DNA of 64,000 nt from Sphaerodactylus townsendi (GCF_021028975.2 NC_059425.1:25978001-26042000), one strand, 5' to 3'. Shown: positions 49,634 through 62,902, counted from the first letter of the stretch. Notes: generated from the sequence alone by a model not told the origin. Numbers and translations: made by a program.

Positions 49634-50789
49634 GGCCCATCTGCACGCCACCTTTCAACCAGTTCGAAAGTAATGTAGGTGTCCAAAGAACCCCAGGAAG
49701 TGGACATACAAAGGGATGGGACAGCTTTTATTTGAGGCCTTTAGCCCCAATTCTCCAGATTGCTTTTTAAAATATGACACAACCAATTCCATAACACTAT
49801 TGCATTTTTAAAAATATAAATCACTGCTCCTGTGTCTGATCTACACGCAGCAGCAAGAAACCATGTTATCTCCCTGTCTTAGAAAGCTGCACCTTGTTTC
49901 TGTAGATCAAGCGGATGCTAAAGGCACAGGAGCAGGCCAGGCTTTTTTCTGGTCAGTTGGCAACCCTGTTCTATAATCTTGGTGCGCATCACACAAAGCG
50001 TGACTTGTGACAGTCTGATATATAGGCAGCTGATTTAAATTTGCAGTATAGGCCAGGGCACAATAATCTCTCAATGTCAACCTCTCCCATTCCTTTTTCT
50101 CCACTCCCCCCTCCCCACCGCAGGCATGGGAGAAGAGCAGGTTGTCAAAGGACACTTTTTAAAAAATATTATCACTATGAAGAAACACATTCAGACTGAC
50201 AATAAAAATACACCAACTATTTTAATACAATGAGGTGTCTCTGTATAAGTTTGTTCTTCTTCTGTTCTGAAGAGCCAGCAGTGTGGTTGTTATAGGCAAG
50301 GGGAAATTACTTGTGATGCAGAGTGGAGGAAGGTAGGAGAAGGAGATGGATTTTATTCTTGGCACAAAAGAAGAAGAAGAGTTGGATTTATATCTCCCCT
50401 TTCTCTCCTGTAGGAGACTCAAAGGGGCTTACAATCTCCTTGCCCTTCCCCCCTCACAACAAACATCCTGTGAGGCTGATTAGTCACGCAATCCTACAAT
50501 GAACTGGATCCTGCAGTGGATCATACAATGACACGGGCTTCTGAGCATGTGCAAAGTGCTTTCCTCCAACTACAACGCAAATACTTTTTAAGACTGCAGT
50601 CCTATGCAGACTCTCATGGGATTACTATCTACTGAACACAACAGAACTTGCATTTGAGTGAACATGTTTTATGCCTCTTTTGCAGATTTTGAAAGCTCTT
50701 TGTTAAATCAATGGGACTTGAAAGTACTTAACTTTAGCCCGATCCTGACCTAATACTGTTGCTGGGTGAAACCAAAAGTCCCCCTATAC

Positions 50790-51264
50790 CAGTGATGGCG
50801 AACCTATGACACGGGTGCCAGAGGTGGCACTCGGAGCCCTCTCTGTGGGCACACACACACAGAGTTCGTCATGTGGGGGGGTGGAAAATCACCCCCCCAC
50901 ACACACACACTTCTAGGCTGGCCTGGGCCACTGAGCATGACATGCGCGCACCATGGTGACCAGGGAGGATTCAGCTGGCAGGCCTGGTGCCTGTGGTCCA
51001 GGTGGCTTCTGCCCGAGGGGGGGGGGGTGCAGAGGAGGCAGAGATGCTAGAGAGGCACAGAGCAGCGCACCAGGAATTGCTGGAGGCTACAGCAGGCTGG
51101 CCCCTGCTCGAGCGGGTGGGGCCGAGGAAGAGGGAGCCAACTGGTTTTTTCTAAACTAAAACCTCAGCATTCAGGTTAAATTGCCGGGTTGGCACTTTGC
51201 GATAAATAACTGGAGTTTGGGTTGCAACTTGGGCACTTGGTCTTAAAAAGGTTCGCCATCACTG
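50790..51264. mobile_element. hAT-Charlie-like non-autonomous element
   Basis: TIR CAGTGATGGCGAACCT; TSD ccctatac/acctatac. Confidence 0.85.
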
Positions 51265-52544
51265 ACCTATACCATTGTTCTCTCCTCAATAATGGCTGAT
51301 AGTATGCCTTTGAGAAAGCCACACATGAAGGCAACAACTCTTCCCTCCTGTGACTCTAGTATTTAAAAGTACACTGCCTTGAACATGGAGGTTTTATTTA
51401 ACTATCTTGAATAGGGCGTAAATCAACTTCACGGTGAGATCCCAAATCTCATTATTAGATGTGGGAGTAGACAGTACTTTTTCCTATAGCACTCGAGTAA
51501 ATCTTTAAGATAACTCTCTCTCTCTCTGCCCTGCCCCCAACCCCTTCAGAAAACTTAGCCAGCTAGGATTAAAGGCAAAGCTGCAAGGCAGGTTTCTGCA
51601 GTAGCAAATCCCTCTACTTTAGAAATTAAATCATGCACCACTTAAGCATGTGTGTGTATTTATACGTAAGTAATCTAAAGAGATAATGGCTTGACTGACT
51701 TTGCGTGGCCTATATTCACGCATTATCTCACTCACACTTCGCCATTTGCACAGGACAGTCCCTGGACGTAACAGGTCCTGAAATACATGAAAGAACAGGA
51801 GGAGCGTCTCTCTGAGTTGGTGCACAGCACATTTTTCTCTCAACTGAGCATCCACAAGCTGTCTTGACTTAGGGCGAGCTATTCAACTATTCTTCTAAGG
51901 CAACACAAAATGCTCTTTGAAAGTCTGAGCCACAAACCTTATTGGCATCAGGACTTCTATAGCTGGCGAAAAAGGCAGGAGATACAATAGTTGCTAACTT
52001 TCTAAAAGAACTGCCTCTACTGCTGTGCCTTTCACAGCAACGAGATGCAGAGAAATTGCACAAGAGTATCAAATCCCTATTCTAAGATATCTTCCTGCAT
52101 GGTGGAAGACTGATTATGTACTTGCATTTTTCTTTCCTTTCCTTTAAAAACATAACTTTTTCAACAAAATTTCAGGGTTTTTTTTTAATTTAAAGGAAGC
52201 CTCGGCCCTCAGTTTGCAAGAATGTTTTGGAGGACATTGAGCTGTAGGGTTGCCATGGGATGGAAGTGACTTGACAACACTTTCCACACACACACACACT
52301 TAAAGGCACAGCAGCAGAGACACCAAAAATATTGGCAGCCCTAACAGATTTCAACACTCCTTTCTCTGGTCTCCAAATCAACATTGCATAGTGTCCCACA
52401 GGTTGAAGGAAGCGGGTTCTCATAAAATGCAGGCAGGGTTGCCAACACACCTGGAGAAAAATATTCCATCCTTTTAACAAGGCTGTAGGGGATCTGATTT
52501 ACCTCCAAGCCATGAAAAGCTTCAAGTGCCTTTTTCCACACATC

Positions 52545-52785
52545 AAGAAGAAGAGTTTGGATTTGTACACTGCCTTTCCCTCCTATCTTGTGAGGTAAGT
52601 GGGGCCGAGAGAGTTCTGAACCAACTGTGACTAGTCCAAGGTCACTCAGCAGGAATATAGGAGTGGGGAAACAAACCCGGTTCACCCGGATAAGAATCCT
52701 CTGCTCATGTGGAGGAGAGGGGAATCAAACCCAGTTTTCCAGATTAGAGTCCACCTGCTCTTAACCACCACACCACGTTGGCTCT
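52545..52785 (-). mobile_element. Squam3-like SINE
   Basis: Reverse copy; boundaries approximate. Confidence 0.7.
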
Positions 52786-53709
52786 CAAGCCACTAAAACG
52801 AACAGACAGGACATTGTTCTCTAGGCATGCTGGCAATGCTAAATGAAGAAAGTCAGAGGGGTTAAATTGCCAGACTTGGTGCTATTTTTTTTCCATTTAT
52901 TGAGTACATTTTATCCTACCCATCCTGGGTATCATACACTGTTCTCTCCCCATACACTGTATCCTCGAAACAACCCTGCGAGGTAGAGAGAGAGAGTGAC
53001 CCAAAGTCACCCAGCGAGCTTCCATAGCAGAGTAGGGTTCTGAACTTGGGCCCCCCAGATCCTAGCCCAACATCCTCACACCTATGCTATCCTGGCTCCA
53101 CCTTTCCTAGGTTCTGTACAGCACAATCCTAAGCACGTACACTCAGAAGCAAGTCCCACTGAGTTCAATAGAATGGACTCCCCAGGAAATGTGCTTAGGA
53201 TTGCAGCTGTAGAGTACCATGATCTTATCCCCAGAAGACGACCAAGCCTCCTCCATCTCCCCCCGCACCCAGACAGCAGTAATATCTATGAATCAAAATT
53301 TATTATTTCCCAAAATTTCCTTAGTGCATTCAGCAGTTGGGAACTTAAATTACAGTCTACTTAGAGATCCCTCAACCCCATGGGGAAAAGAACGGCATGG
53401 TCCACACCAGAAAAAAAGGGGGGCAAATGGTTTTTATGTCTGGCATCCAAAACCCATGCTTTTCTGATGACAGGCTCCCATTCCAGCTGGAGCAGATGCA
53501 GTCCAGGGGCTGCAATGTCCCCTCAAGGATCCTCGCTGAGAAAAATCCTGAGGAAAAAAAAAATCCAGTCTGCTCAGGAGCGGATCAAAATAGGTGGGTG
53601 GGACAACTCTGACGAGTCGCGGTTCACAGACCAGGAAGAAATCAGGTGGGGGGAGTGGGAGCATCTCTTCTTTGCATTGTCCCTCCCCCACTCCCTGGCT
53701 GGAGCTCGA

Positions 53710-53831
53710 TCACTCGATGAGTTTCTTGGCTTTGAAGAAACGCCGGAGATAGAAGACCTGCCAGGTGGCCAGGCCCACCAGACATAACATGGAGAAGATG
53801 CTGAAGCAGAAGACGCGAGCGCTCGTAGATT
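53710..53831 (-). CDS. TMED10: TMED10-like exon 5 [39 protein letters not shown]
   Basis: tgcag acceptor, TGA at 53712-53710. Confidence 0.94.
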
Positions 53832-56800
53832 CTGCAAAGAGAAAACATTACATAGTAACAAAGCATCGGGGCTTAGAAGTCCCTGCTCCTGACCAGAAAG
53901 TAGTTTTACAGAATCCTAGATGGGGAGGGGGGAATACACAATGCTAAAGAGATACTCTCTGCTCATGCTCAGATATGTCCAGCATGTTCCAGAGCTGCAT
54001 CCGTAGTGCTGGAATTATATGCCAGCGTGGGATAGTGTTAGACTTGTACCCCCAAGAAGCAAAGTGAAGGAGGATAGATCTGTTAGCCATGGTATTTAAC
54101 TAGACTTTTGAAAAGAGGAAGCAAAGGAATTTTAAGTGATTTTTTTGGAAGCATCTGACTGGCCACTGTGAGAAACTATGATCGAATCCTGCGGCATTCC
54201 TCTCCAGTTCTGCCATGAAGCTCAATGGCTGATTTTGAAGAATTTACAATTCACTCCCTCCACATACACATCCTGCATTCCTTACACAAGGTACAGGGTG
54301 CTGGTGGAATGGATAAATATACCACCGGCTGTCTCCTCTCCCTTTTGGAAATGACCCAAGAAACTGGAGACCCGAATTCAAATTTGATCGAGGAAGACAA
54401 ATTTAACAAGGCTTCACTATAACCTGGTGTTTGGCACATGAATCTGTTCTTACTGTGACTTGAATATTCATTTATTTACTGATTTATATTTTACCTTTTG
54501 CTCTAACAGGAACTCAAACCAGGTGACAGCATTCTCATCTCTTCCCTCTTATATTCACAAAAACCCTGTGAGGTAGGTGAGGCTTGGGAGTGTGTGCCTA
54601 GGCCAAGGTCACCTAGTGAGTTTCCATGACAGAGAAGGGATTCGAACCTTTGATTCAAATTGTGACCCCAACATCCTTTGAGATACTGTTAGAAAACCAG
54701 ACATGCAGCAGGAAAAAACACCTTGAGGAACCCCTATTTGAGGCTGAAAGACTGCAGCACAGAACTGTCCAACTTTGGCGCTTCAGATGTTCATGGACTA
54801 CATTTCCCATCAGCCCCTGCTGGCATGGCCAATTGGCCACGCCAGCAGGGGCTGATGGGAATTGTAGTCCATGAACATCTGAGGCGCTAGAGTTGGACAC
54901 CCTTGGTCTAGCATGTTCAACTAGCAGCAAAAAAAAATGGACAGAGATTTAGATACTTCCAAAGATCTCAGATAAACAAAGGGGAATTGGACATTGACTT
55001 CTTTTAGAACAGCAGTGGCTTCTTTTTAGAGCAGCAGTGGTGCAGTGGTTAAGAGCAGGTGCATTCTAATCTGGAGGAACCGGGTTTGATTCCCCGCTCT
55101 GCCGCTTGAGCTGTGGAGGCATATCTGGCGAATTCAGATTAGCCTGTGCACTCCAACACAGGCCAGCTGGGTGACCTTGGGCTAGTCACAGCTTTCCGGA
55201 GCTCTCTCAGCCCCACCTACCTCTCAGGGTGTTTGTTGTGAGGGGGGAAGGGCAAGGTTATTGTAAGCCCCTTTGAGTCTCCTATAGGAGAAAAATGGGG
55301 GATATAAATCCAAACTCTACTTCTTCTTTTATGGGAGAAAAGCAGTGCCATTAAATTCTTAGGTAAAAATTTAGGAAGAATGTCCTGTTGATTTGCCCAG
55401 AGAGCAAAGTCACTCTCTCAGGAGGCTTCTAAGAAAAACATTGATGACCAAGAACGAGTTAGGTTTTCTAGCTCGCCTCATGTCCAAGATGGACTATCAA
55501 TTTCCCTTTCAAGTTCTCGGATTCTGGAGTATGGATTCTTCTTCTGATAGGGTCATAAATATTCAGGGCATTTTAACAAGAGCTCTGATTTAAATAGGGC
55601 ATTCATAAACATTATCTCAATAATCCAAACAACAGCACTTTAATGGATGCCAATGTCATCATCCGCATGTAGCAGGTTGGGAGTGCTGAAGGAAGAGCAA
55701 ATTGCTCAAGGTCACCTCACAGCAGAGATGAGATTTGAACATTCCTGGCGCGCATTCCCTTCATCACTATACTAAACTAGCTTTACATTCCCTAAGCAAC
55801 AGAGGGGCCTGACTAGGATAGCCCAGGTTGGCTTGATCTCATCAGATATCAGAAGCTAAGCAGGGTCAACCCTCGCAAATATTTGGATGGGAGATCTTCA
55901 AGGAATATCAGGATCGTAATGCAGATGTTGGCGATGGCAAACAACCCCTAAACATCCTTTGCCTTCAGAACCCCACCAGATGTGACTTGATGGTTAAAAA
56001 AAAGGAACAGAGGAAGGTCTCTGCCCCAAGGAGCTTACCAATCTAAATGCAAAAGAAAGAGATAGAGAACAGTCTTCATTATAGCCTGTCTTTCCCCCTT
56101 CCCAGATAGGAGAACATCTTAATCTGCAATTCTTGCCTGCCACTTACCATTGGTGTCTCGCATCTCCTCCTCGCGTTGCTTCATGAAGGCAAAATCTTTA
56201 ACGATGGATTCTGAAAGGTCTTCAAGCCGACGCAGGTCCACCTCTAGGGGCTTTAGTTTCTCTGCCTTAGCAATCTGCAAGGTAATTTGAGGACTAGGTG
56301 AATATATACGACCCACATGTCCAAACTAGGGACTGATCCACAGAGGTTGCTTCTGTGGGGGCCAATACAATCACTTCTTGGGAGTGGGTGAATTTTAATG
56401 CACAGCAGCTTCATCCCAAGATGCAACTGCCTGGCACGGGCACAATGACCTGGGACCCACGTATCTGAAAGACCACCTCCTTCCACATGGCCCTGTGCAG
56501 TGGTCAGTCAGCCATCTGTTGGCTATCCCACCACTTAGGGTGGGCCCATCTGGCATCGAACAAAGGCTCCAGCCTGGCTCTTGCTCTGTGAAATGGCGCC
56601 CCATCTTATTTATTTTAGTTATTTTTTAAATCATATTTTATCCCGCCCTGGCCTAGCAGTGGTGGAGATGTGGCATGCGATGGTATGGCAGGTGCGCAGG
56701 GCGCGCACCCCAGGCATTGTTTCCCCTCGCTCTGCGGGGGGAGGGGGGGAGGAGATTGTAAGCCCCTTTGAGTCTCCTTACAGGAGAGAAAGGGGGTATA

Positions 56801-58348
56801 TAAATCCAAACTCTCCTTTTTCTTCTTGCCTTGAAAACCCTACGAGGGGTCACCGTAAGTTTGCAGCAACTCCATAGTCAACAAATAAAGAAGAAACTTC
56901 CGCCAACTAGATGCATTGCTTACATCATCGTAATTTCGTGCCTCCACACCATGCTTTATATTAAGGGAGATCAGTTGGTCTGGGATCCGGAAATTTCCTG
57001 GGAGACCAGAAAAGGAGAGAATGAGCTTTGAGAGAGACAAGAAAAACAGACAAGATAGGCAAATGGCTGCAAACAGGGATATATAAATTAAAAGTCATTG
57101 AGATGCAGGACTTAAGTATCCCAGAACCTCTTGAAGTTTGCAGCCAAAACAAACATGTCAAAACCTTTCCCCTTATCACTAAGTGGCCACAGCCAGCCAT
57201 GAAACTAGGCAGAAGGGCTTCCAAGGAGATTAAACTGTGGTGGGTTTTACTATAATACTTGAGCTGGAACTAAAGCTGCCCCAACAGTAATGTTTAAACT
57301 AGTCCAGCTACCTCAGCAAAGACACATCTGATATTTCTTCCCGCCCCCTTGAAAAACCTCACCAAAGTTAAAACTTGCTTCTGCTTTCTGCAGGCAGTAC
57401 CAGAGGCTGGCAAAGGGAAGGTGGAAGATGTACAGCAGCGGTTCTCAACCTGTGGGTCGCGACCCCTTTGGGGGTCAAACGACCCTTTCACAGGGGTCGC
57501 CTAAGACTATCAGAAAACACATATTTCCGATGGTCTTAGGAGCCGATATACAAATAATTCTATGGTCGGGGGTCACCACAACATGAGGAACTGTATTCAA
57601 GGGTTGCGGCATTAGGAAGGTGGAGAACCACTGGCGTACAGACTGGGAGAAGCCCTTTTTCATATCCAGTTTGTCACGAACTAAACAGAACGTCGGCTTC
57701 TAGGCATGTGTAGAGTATTCTCTCCAACCAACTCATTCGCACTTGGGATTTTGGGCCAGGATTGTAAGCAGGCACTCAGGCACGCTTCTCACTAAATCAG
57801 GGTAAGGGAGAGTCTGCGGGTGATCAGAAGAAGACCTGGCAACCCCCTACCTGACTGTCCGTGGCTCTCAAAGCAGATTTCATAGATTTCATAGTTGTCC
57901 GTGGTGAAGGCAAATTTCCCCTTCTTGGCATCGTCCTTGGAGTACAGAGTGTGTCCGGAAGAGTCGGTGACCTATTGAAAGGGAAAGGGCAGAAGCATAA
58001 ACCTTGTGCGGGGGGGGGGGGGGCGGTTCATAAGTGAAGATAGAAGCCAAAACTGGGGAGGGGCATCAGCAGTAAAGAAGAGCTAAAGCCCACCAGGAAA
58101 GAAGGAAAGTGGGGGGAGGGGGGTGGAAAGGAAAGGCCTGCTGACCCACTCACCCGGAGATCTGTCCGGATACCCGGAGCAGACGCCTCGGAGACTTCGT
58201 ACTCTCCCGTGACCATCACGTCGCGGTGCAGCTCCTCTTTAAGGCATTTGCGGGTCTGGGGGGGCAAGTGGAAAGACAGCCCGTGGCACCCGCCCGCCCC
58301 CAGCGCCAGCATCAGCGCCAAGGGACCCAGCAGCCCGGCCACTCGCAT
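53710..58348 (-). CDS. TMED10: TMED10-like p24-delta family cargo receptor, complete, 5 exons, 212 aa (probable paralog)
   Basis: Exons 58348-58154, 57971-57851, 56997-56924, 56274-56148, 53831-53710 (639 nt). Signal peptide; GOLD domain ([24 protein letters not shown]); coiled coil [20 protein letters not shown]; TM; FFKAKKLIE* tail. Confidence 0.9.
55031..55330 (+). mobile_element. Squam3-like SINE
   Basis: Full-length copy with (CTT)n tail. Confidence 0.8.
55815..55995 (+). mobile_element. 5S rRNA-derived SINE (5S-Sauria-like), degenerate
   Basis: gatctcatcagatatcagaagctaagcagggtc...ttggatgggaga resembles the 5S internal control region, followed by a Sauria-like tail. Confidence 0.65.
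56148..56274 (-). CDS. TMED10: TMED10-like exon 4 [17 protein letters not shown]...MRDTN
   Basis: tgcag / gtaagt. Confidence 0.94.
56924..56997 (-). CDS. TMED10: TMED10-like exon 3 [24 protein letters not shown]
   Basis: cccag / gtaagc. Confidence 0.93.
57436..57633. mobile_element. SPIN/URR1-like hAT MITE
   Basis: CAGCGGTTCTCAACCTGTGGGTCGCGACCCC...GAGAACCACTG termini; TSD atgtacag/gcgtacag. Confidence 0.8.
57851..57971 (-). CDS. TMED10: TMED10-like exon 2 [24 protein letters not shown]...
   Basis: aatag / gtaggg. Confidence 0.93.
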
Positions 58349-58720
58349 GGCTGACCAGGTCCAACCGAGCCTCTTGTCCTGCAGGCTGCAGCCCCCAAAC
58401 TGAACCCAGACAGGTTCCCCCGAGGTCCTTTGCTTCCCGTGCAAGCCCCCCTCCCCGGACGATCCTTTCCAGCCAGCGCTGGGCCGGATGATGCCCTGGT
58501 GGTGCGCACAAGCCCGGCCTCCAAGCGCGGTCCCAGCCGCGGATTCCTCTATCACTCTCTCGGCGGGTGCACACCCAGCCCGCTTCGTTCACATCCGACG
58601 TGGCGCTCTCCAGCGGGTTCACCCGGGCGAGGGCGGAGCCATGAGGTGGAGAAGCCCCGCCCCCAAATCTCGGGGCGGGGTGCCATTGCGGAGGAGGGAC
58701 ATTTCGTTGCATGGAGAAGG
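58150..58720. promoter_or_regulatory. CpG-rich promoter region of the TMED10-like gene with GC boxes
   Basis: High CpG density; GGGCGG / CCCGCCC boxes at about 58630-58680. Confidence 0.6.
58154..58348 (-). CDS. TMED10: TMED10-like exon 1
   Basis: gccATG, gtgagt donor, CpG-rich context. Confidence 0.92.
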
Positions 58721-59651
58721 AGAGAGGGAGAGCGACATTGACCCTGTGCTAATTGGGATCTTTTAAAACACGGCCTCTTAATAGAAATCAGGGTAATGCT
58801 TAAATCGATGAGCATTGATATCACCCTTCAAAGGCCTTCCCATATAGTAGCAGAACATTCCTGCAAAATGTACACGCGGCCGGGTTAAAACTTATCCGTG
58901 CACGTTATTCAGCTGTCGATTTAATTAATGCGGAGTAGTTGCCACGATCTTTCAGCCACGCTCAGGCAGGATAAACGCACGCCCTTATTAGGAAGAAAGT
59001 TGTACTGAACTCGGCAAAGCTCACGTTTAAAGTTTGCATTGTCTGGGGCGGGGGCTAGAAAGCGACGTTTTCTCTGTCCTTTGAAACTTGCTCGTATCGT
59101 CGGTGCCGTGGAGATTCTTGTCCAGTCCGACACTGTCTAGTCGCCACCTTCTGTCACTTTTGCAAGTGGGGTGGTTCCGGATGGGCCAAATGGGGGATTA
59201 TCCCCCCTTTAATACCCTCTATGTTCTGTGCATGAAAACAGACACACGAGATTATTAATTGTGGTAGTGGGAAAATTACGCTGTTGCAGAAGAATTCTGT
59301 CCTGAGGGTCTCAATCCTGAACCAAGGTAAGACCCCTTCCGCACATGCAGAGCAATGCACTTTCAGTCCACTTTCACAATTGTTTGCAAGTTAATTTTGC
59401 TATTCCGCAGTAAAATCCAGCTGCAAGTGCACTGAAAGTGGATTGAAAGTGCATTATTATGCATGTGCAGAAGCCAGGAGCCAAGTGCGCCATTTAATCC
59501 AGGTTAATTTTGCTGGTCGCCGTTTACAAGGGCTAGGAGGGGTTGGCTCCAGACTGCGGATTGCAAAGCCTGAAGGTGCCGATGGCGAGAATGTGAGGAC
59601 AGCGGACAAAAGAAGATCAGTATTCCCGAAAGGCAAATTTTAACCTTAGCG

Positions 59652-59724
59652 AAACTACAATTCCCAGGGTTCCTTGTGAGAACCATGCTGATGAAAACAT
59701 TTCGCTATCAGCTGAACTTCCGGT
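59652..59724 (+). promoter_or_regulatory. ZNF143/Staf-type motif (ACTACAATTCCCAG) and ETS motif (ACTTCCGG)
   Basis: Consensus matches in a CpG-containing stretch upstream of the TMED10-like gene. Confidence 0.4.
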
Positions 59725-61261
59725 AATGTGGCCGATGGGAACGTGAGCATCGTGATTGACGTTGTGAAGCTGTTACCAAGAAAGAAAAATACACTCTCAT
59801 CTTTGCTACTTACTGTGAACCGTGGATTGGATGTATGAGATCGGAAGGGCTCGGGAAGTCAGACGTGTTTAAATTGTATGACTATATAAAGATTTGTTTG
59901 TTTAGTATATTTTTATTCTGTTCGCCCTTCAAAGGATTCCCAGGGCAGTGCAGACACAGCACTCCTCGTTTTTCCCTTTACAATAACCTGTAAAATAACA
60001 TAGTCTAAAAGAAAATAACCTAAAGATACCAAGTGAACCAGGTAACAAGCAAGGATTTTAGTCCGGGTTGCCCTGATCCAATTTTTAACGCCATCTAGAA
60101 ATTAACTGGTTTTTAATCTGGTTTTAGCATTTATATCTTGGTATTTTGTAATTTTGTACTGTTTTTATATGGGTTTTTTTTTTACCATATATTGATTGTA
60201 AAGCTGCCTCAACTCCTTTGGGAGATTGGCAGGATATAAATGCAAAGTATAAAATAAAATAAATAAAAATCCTACACTGTCTCTCTGACTCTGTAATTTG
60301 CCTTCTGCTGAATTGGATCATAGTTCCAACTGGCTCATTGCTGTCTGCTCTGATAGATAGAAGCTGTTCAGTATCACAGAAGAATAAAGGCCTTTTTCAG
60401 TTCCCCTGACCTTTAACTGGAGGCAGTCAGGCATCAAACCTCGGGCCCTGCGTTTGTGGTTAACGTGCCAGAATAGGACCTGGGTTCAAATTCCCATTCA
60501 ACCATGAAACTGGGGTCTGCCACCCTCTTTGAGTCTAATTGACTTTAAGTTGTTTTAAGGACAAAAAGGAAGAAGTAAATCACATATGCCATGCTGAACT
60601 TCTGGGAGGAAGGACAGAATTAAAATCAGCTGCAGGATCTGTCCCAAAGTTTTCGCCTTATACTACCGGTAGGTCAGTCCATTGGTCCATCTGGGTCTGG
60701 GGTCCAGACTGGGTCTGGGGTATTTTCCAGTTCTGCCCCTGTGAGTCGATTAACTTTGCGCATGAATTGCGTAGAATTTTCCCCAGATCACTCAATGGGA
60801 GGATTGAACTTGCATGTACTCATCCTGAAAGGCTGATCCACTAAAGTTTATTTTTTCTAAACATTTTTTTTAAATTCTACACTTCCTCCTGGCCCCCATT
60901 TTATCCTGCCTTTTAAATTTTTTTTAACTTGATAATTCTTACTTTGTTATGGCACAATGATGTAACAATATATTCCCATGATCTGCTAGTTCCTCTGAAT
61001 TTTCTGTTTTTTTCTCTAATCCTTCTTGTCATGGAGATATAAGGGGAAAGGTTTTCCTCATATCTTCCCAACAAAGGAGCTAAAGGCTTTTAAAGTTGAA
61101 ATTCAGGTATTCAGACAAACTAGTAGATTGTTTAACAATTACTGGTTTTGCTCCTAAAAGCGTTCTGGTGCCCCAGCAGGGAAAACGTTAGCGATGAGGA
61201 TGGAACCTTGAAAATTATGTTCTTCCCAAGATGGTTTTTTGCACTTGGACCCATTTTTTCA

Positions 61262-61760
61262 ACAAAGATCATACCAAAGTAATCCATGCAATGGTCACTT
61301 CAAGAATGGACTACTGTAACTCACTCTACACTGGTCTACCTTTGTCTTTGATCTGGAAATTAAAGTTCATCCAGAATACAGCCGCAAGACTGCTTACTGG
61401 GGCAGTCAGTCAACAGCATATAACACCAGTTCTTAGGGAACTACATTGGCTGCCGGTCGCGTTCTGGCTCATCTTCAAAGTATTGGTGTTGACCTTTAAA
61501 GCCATAAGCAGTATTGGATCTGCATATCTTCAGGACCGCATCTCCCCATATTGCCCTACAAGACCCCTCTGCTTGTCGGAGAGGAACCTCCTGATGATCC
61601 CCAGCCCAAGAGACACCCGGCTGGCTTCGGTGAGAGCCAGGGCTTTTACAGCCTTGGTGGAGTAAACTGCCAAAGATGTGAGGGCCCTGCGGGAATTGTG
61701 GCAATTCCGCAGGGCCTGCAAGACGTGGCTGTTCCACCAGGCCTTTCCATCTAGCCAGCC
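61262..61760 (+). mobile_element. L2 LINE ORF2 3' fragment
   Basis: HAMVTSRMDYCNSLY.GLP...QNTAARLL...HITPVLRELHWLP. Confidence 0.85.
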
Positions 61761-61827
61761 AGATTGAGAGTTATATAGACCATCTCTTTCAGCCTCTAGG
61801 GGATGGGGGAGAAGATAGAAAGATGTA

Positions 61828-62057
61828 CCCTGTTTCCCCAAATATAAGACATCCCCTGAAAATAAGACATAGTAGAGGTTTTGCTGACGTGCGAAATATA
61901 AGGCATCCCCTGAAAGTAAGATGTAGCAAAGTTTATGTTTGGAAGCATGCCCGATGAGCAGAACACAGAAAAATAAGACATCCCCTGAAAATAAGACATA
62001 GCGCATCTTTGGGAGCAAAAATTAATATAAGACACTCTTATTTTCAGGGAAACACGG
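61828..62057. mobile_element. Tc1/mariner-type MITE, inserted in an L2 tail
   Basis: Same family as 7613-7857, TA TSD. Confidence 0.8.
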
Positions 62058-62887
62058 TATATATTGTCATCTGTTTTTATCTACCTATTAATCGGTTGCT
62101 TAATATTACAGTTACATTATTTTAATTGGTTTTATAATGACACTGTATTTTAAATTTAATTGATTGTTAAGTTTTATGTTGGGACCCGCCCTGAGCCCTG
62201 TGGGGGAAAGAGTGGGATACAAATCTAACAAATAAACAAACCTGGATTGACAATATTCTGAGAATGGGGAAAGCTAGAGAGTGTATGATTAGTAGATGAT
62301 GTTGTGTGGATGCTGAAGGGACCCCCTCAACCCACCCTCCTCTAATTTGGAAGACAAGATGTAGAAAAATCAACCATAAAGAACAACACTTTATGTAATT
62401 AATTTCTAGGGCTTTTTTTTCATTGAGAGTTAATGTAGATAACAGCGAAAAAAGTGGAATATAGGTCAGTACGATAGATACCACGAATGGTGCAATAAAA
62501 CTGGATTGCAAAATTGTAGAGCAATTAAATAATAATAAAAACATATTAACAGCTGTGGCAAGGGAGGGATTTCCCCCGTTAAACTTTTCTCATCCGTGAG
62601 AAGTTGCAACCTGCCAAATTTCCCTCCCATGCAACAAGCAGCTTCAAGGCCAGTGTTGGAGACCAGCCCTCTAGCTGGCGTTGAGTTACAGATCTGTGAA
62701 GATCTAGACCCTGGTGGGACGTGGGAGGGCAAGACAAGTTTGGACCCCTGGAAAGAGAAAGAGCCTAGCGCACAATGCAGCTGCGTACCAACCAGTTGGG
62801 GGAGAAGTTGTGGGAGGGAGGGTGAAGGTAGGCACGGGACGGGACGCACCCAGGATGGAGTGTAGTAAGTCCTACTACAGCTCTGGA

Positions 62888-62902
62888 GCGCCCCCTGGTG
62901 GC
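62888..62902 (-). promoter_or_regulatory. CTCF consensus site
   Basis: GCGCCCCCTGGTGGC, the reverse complement of GCCACCAGGGGGCGC. Confidence 0.65.

Noticed and set aside
55815-55900. 5S rRNA gene
   Set aside because: Degenerate, truncated and fused to a SINE tail; it is a 5S-derived SINE.
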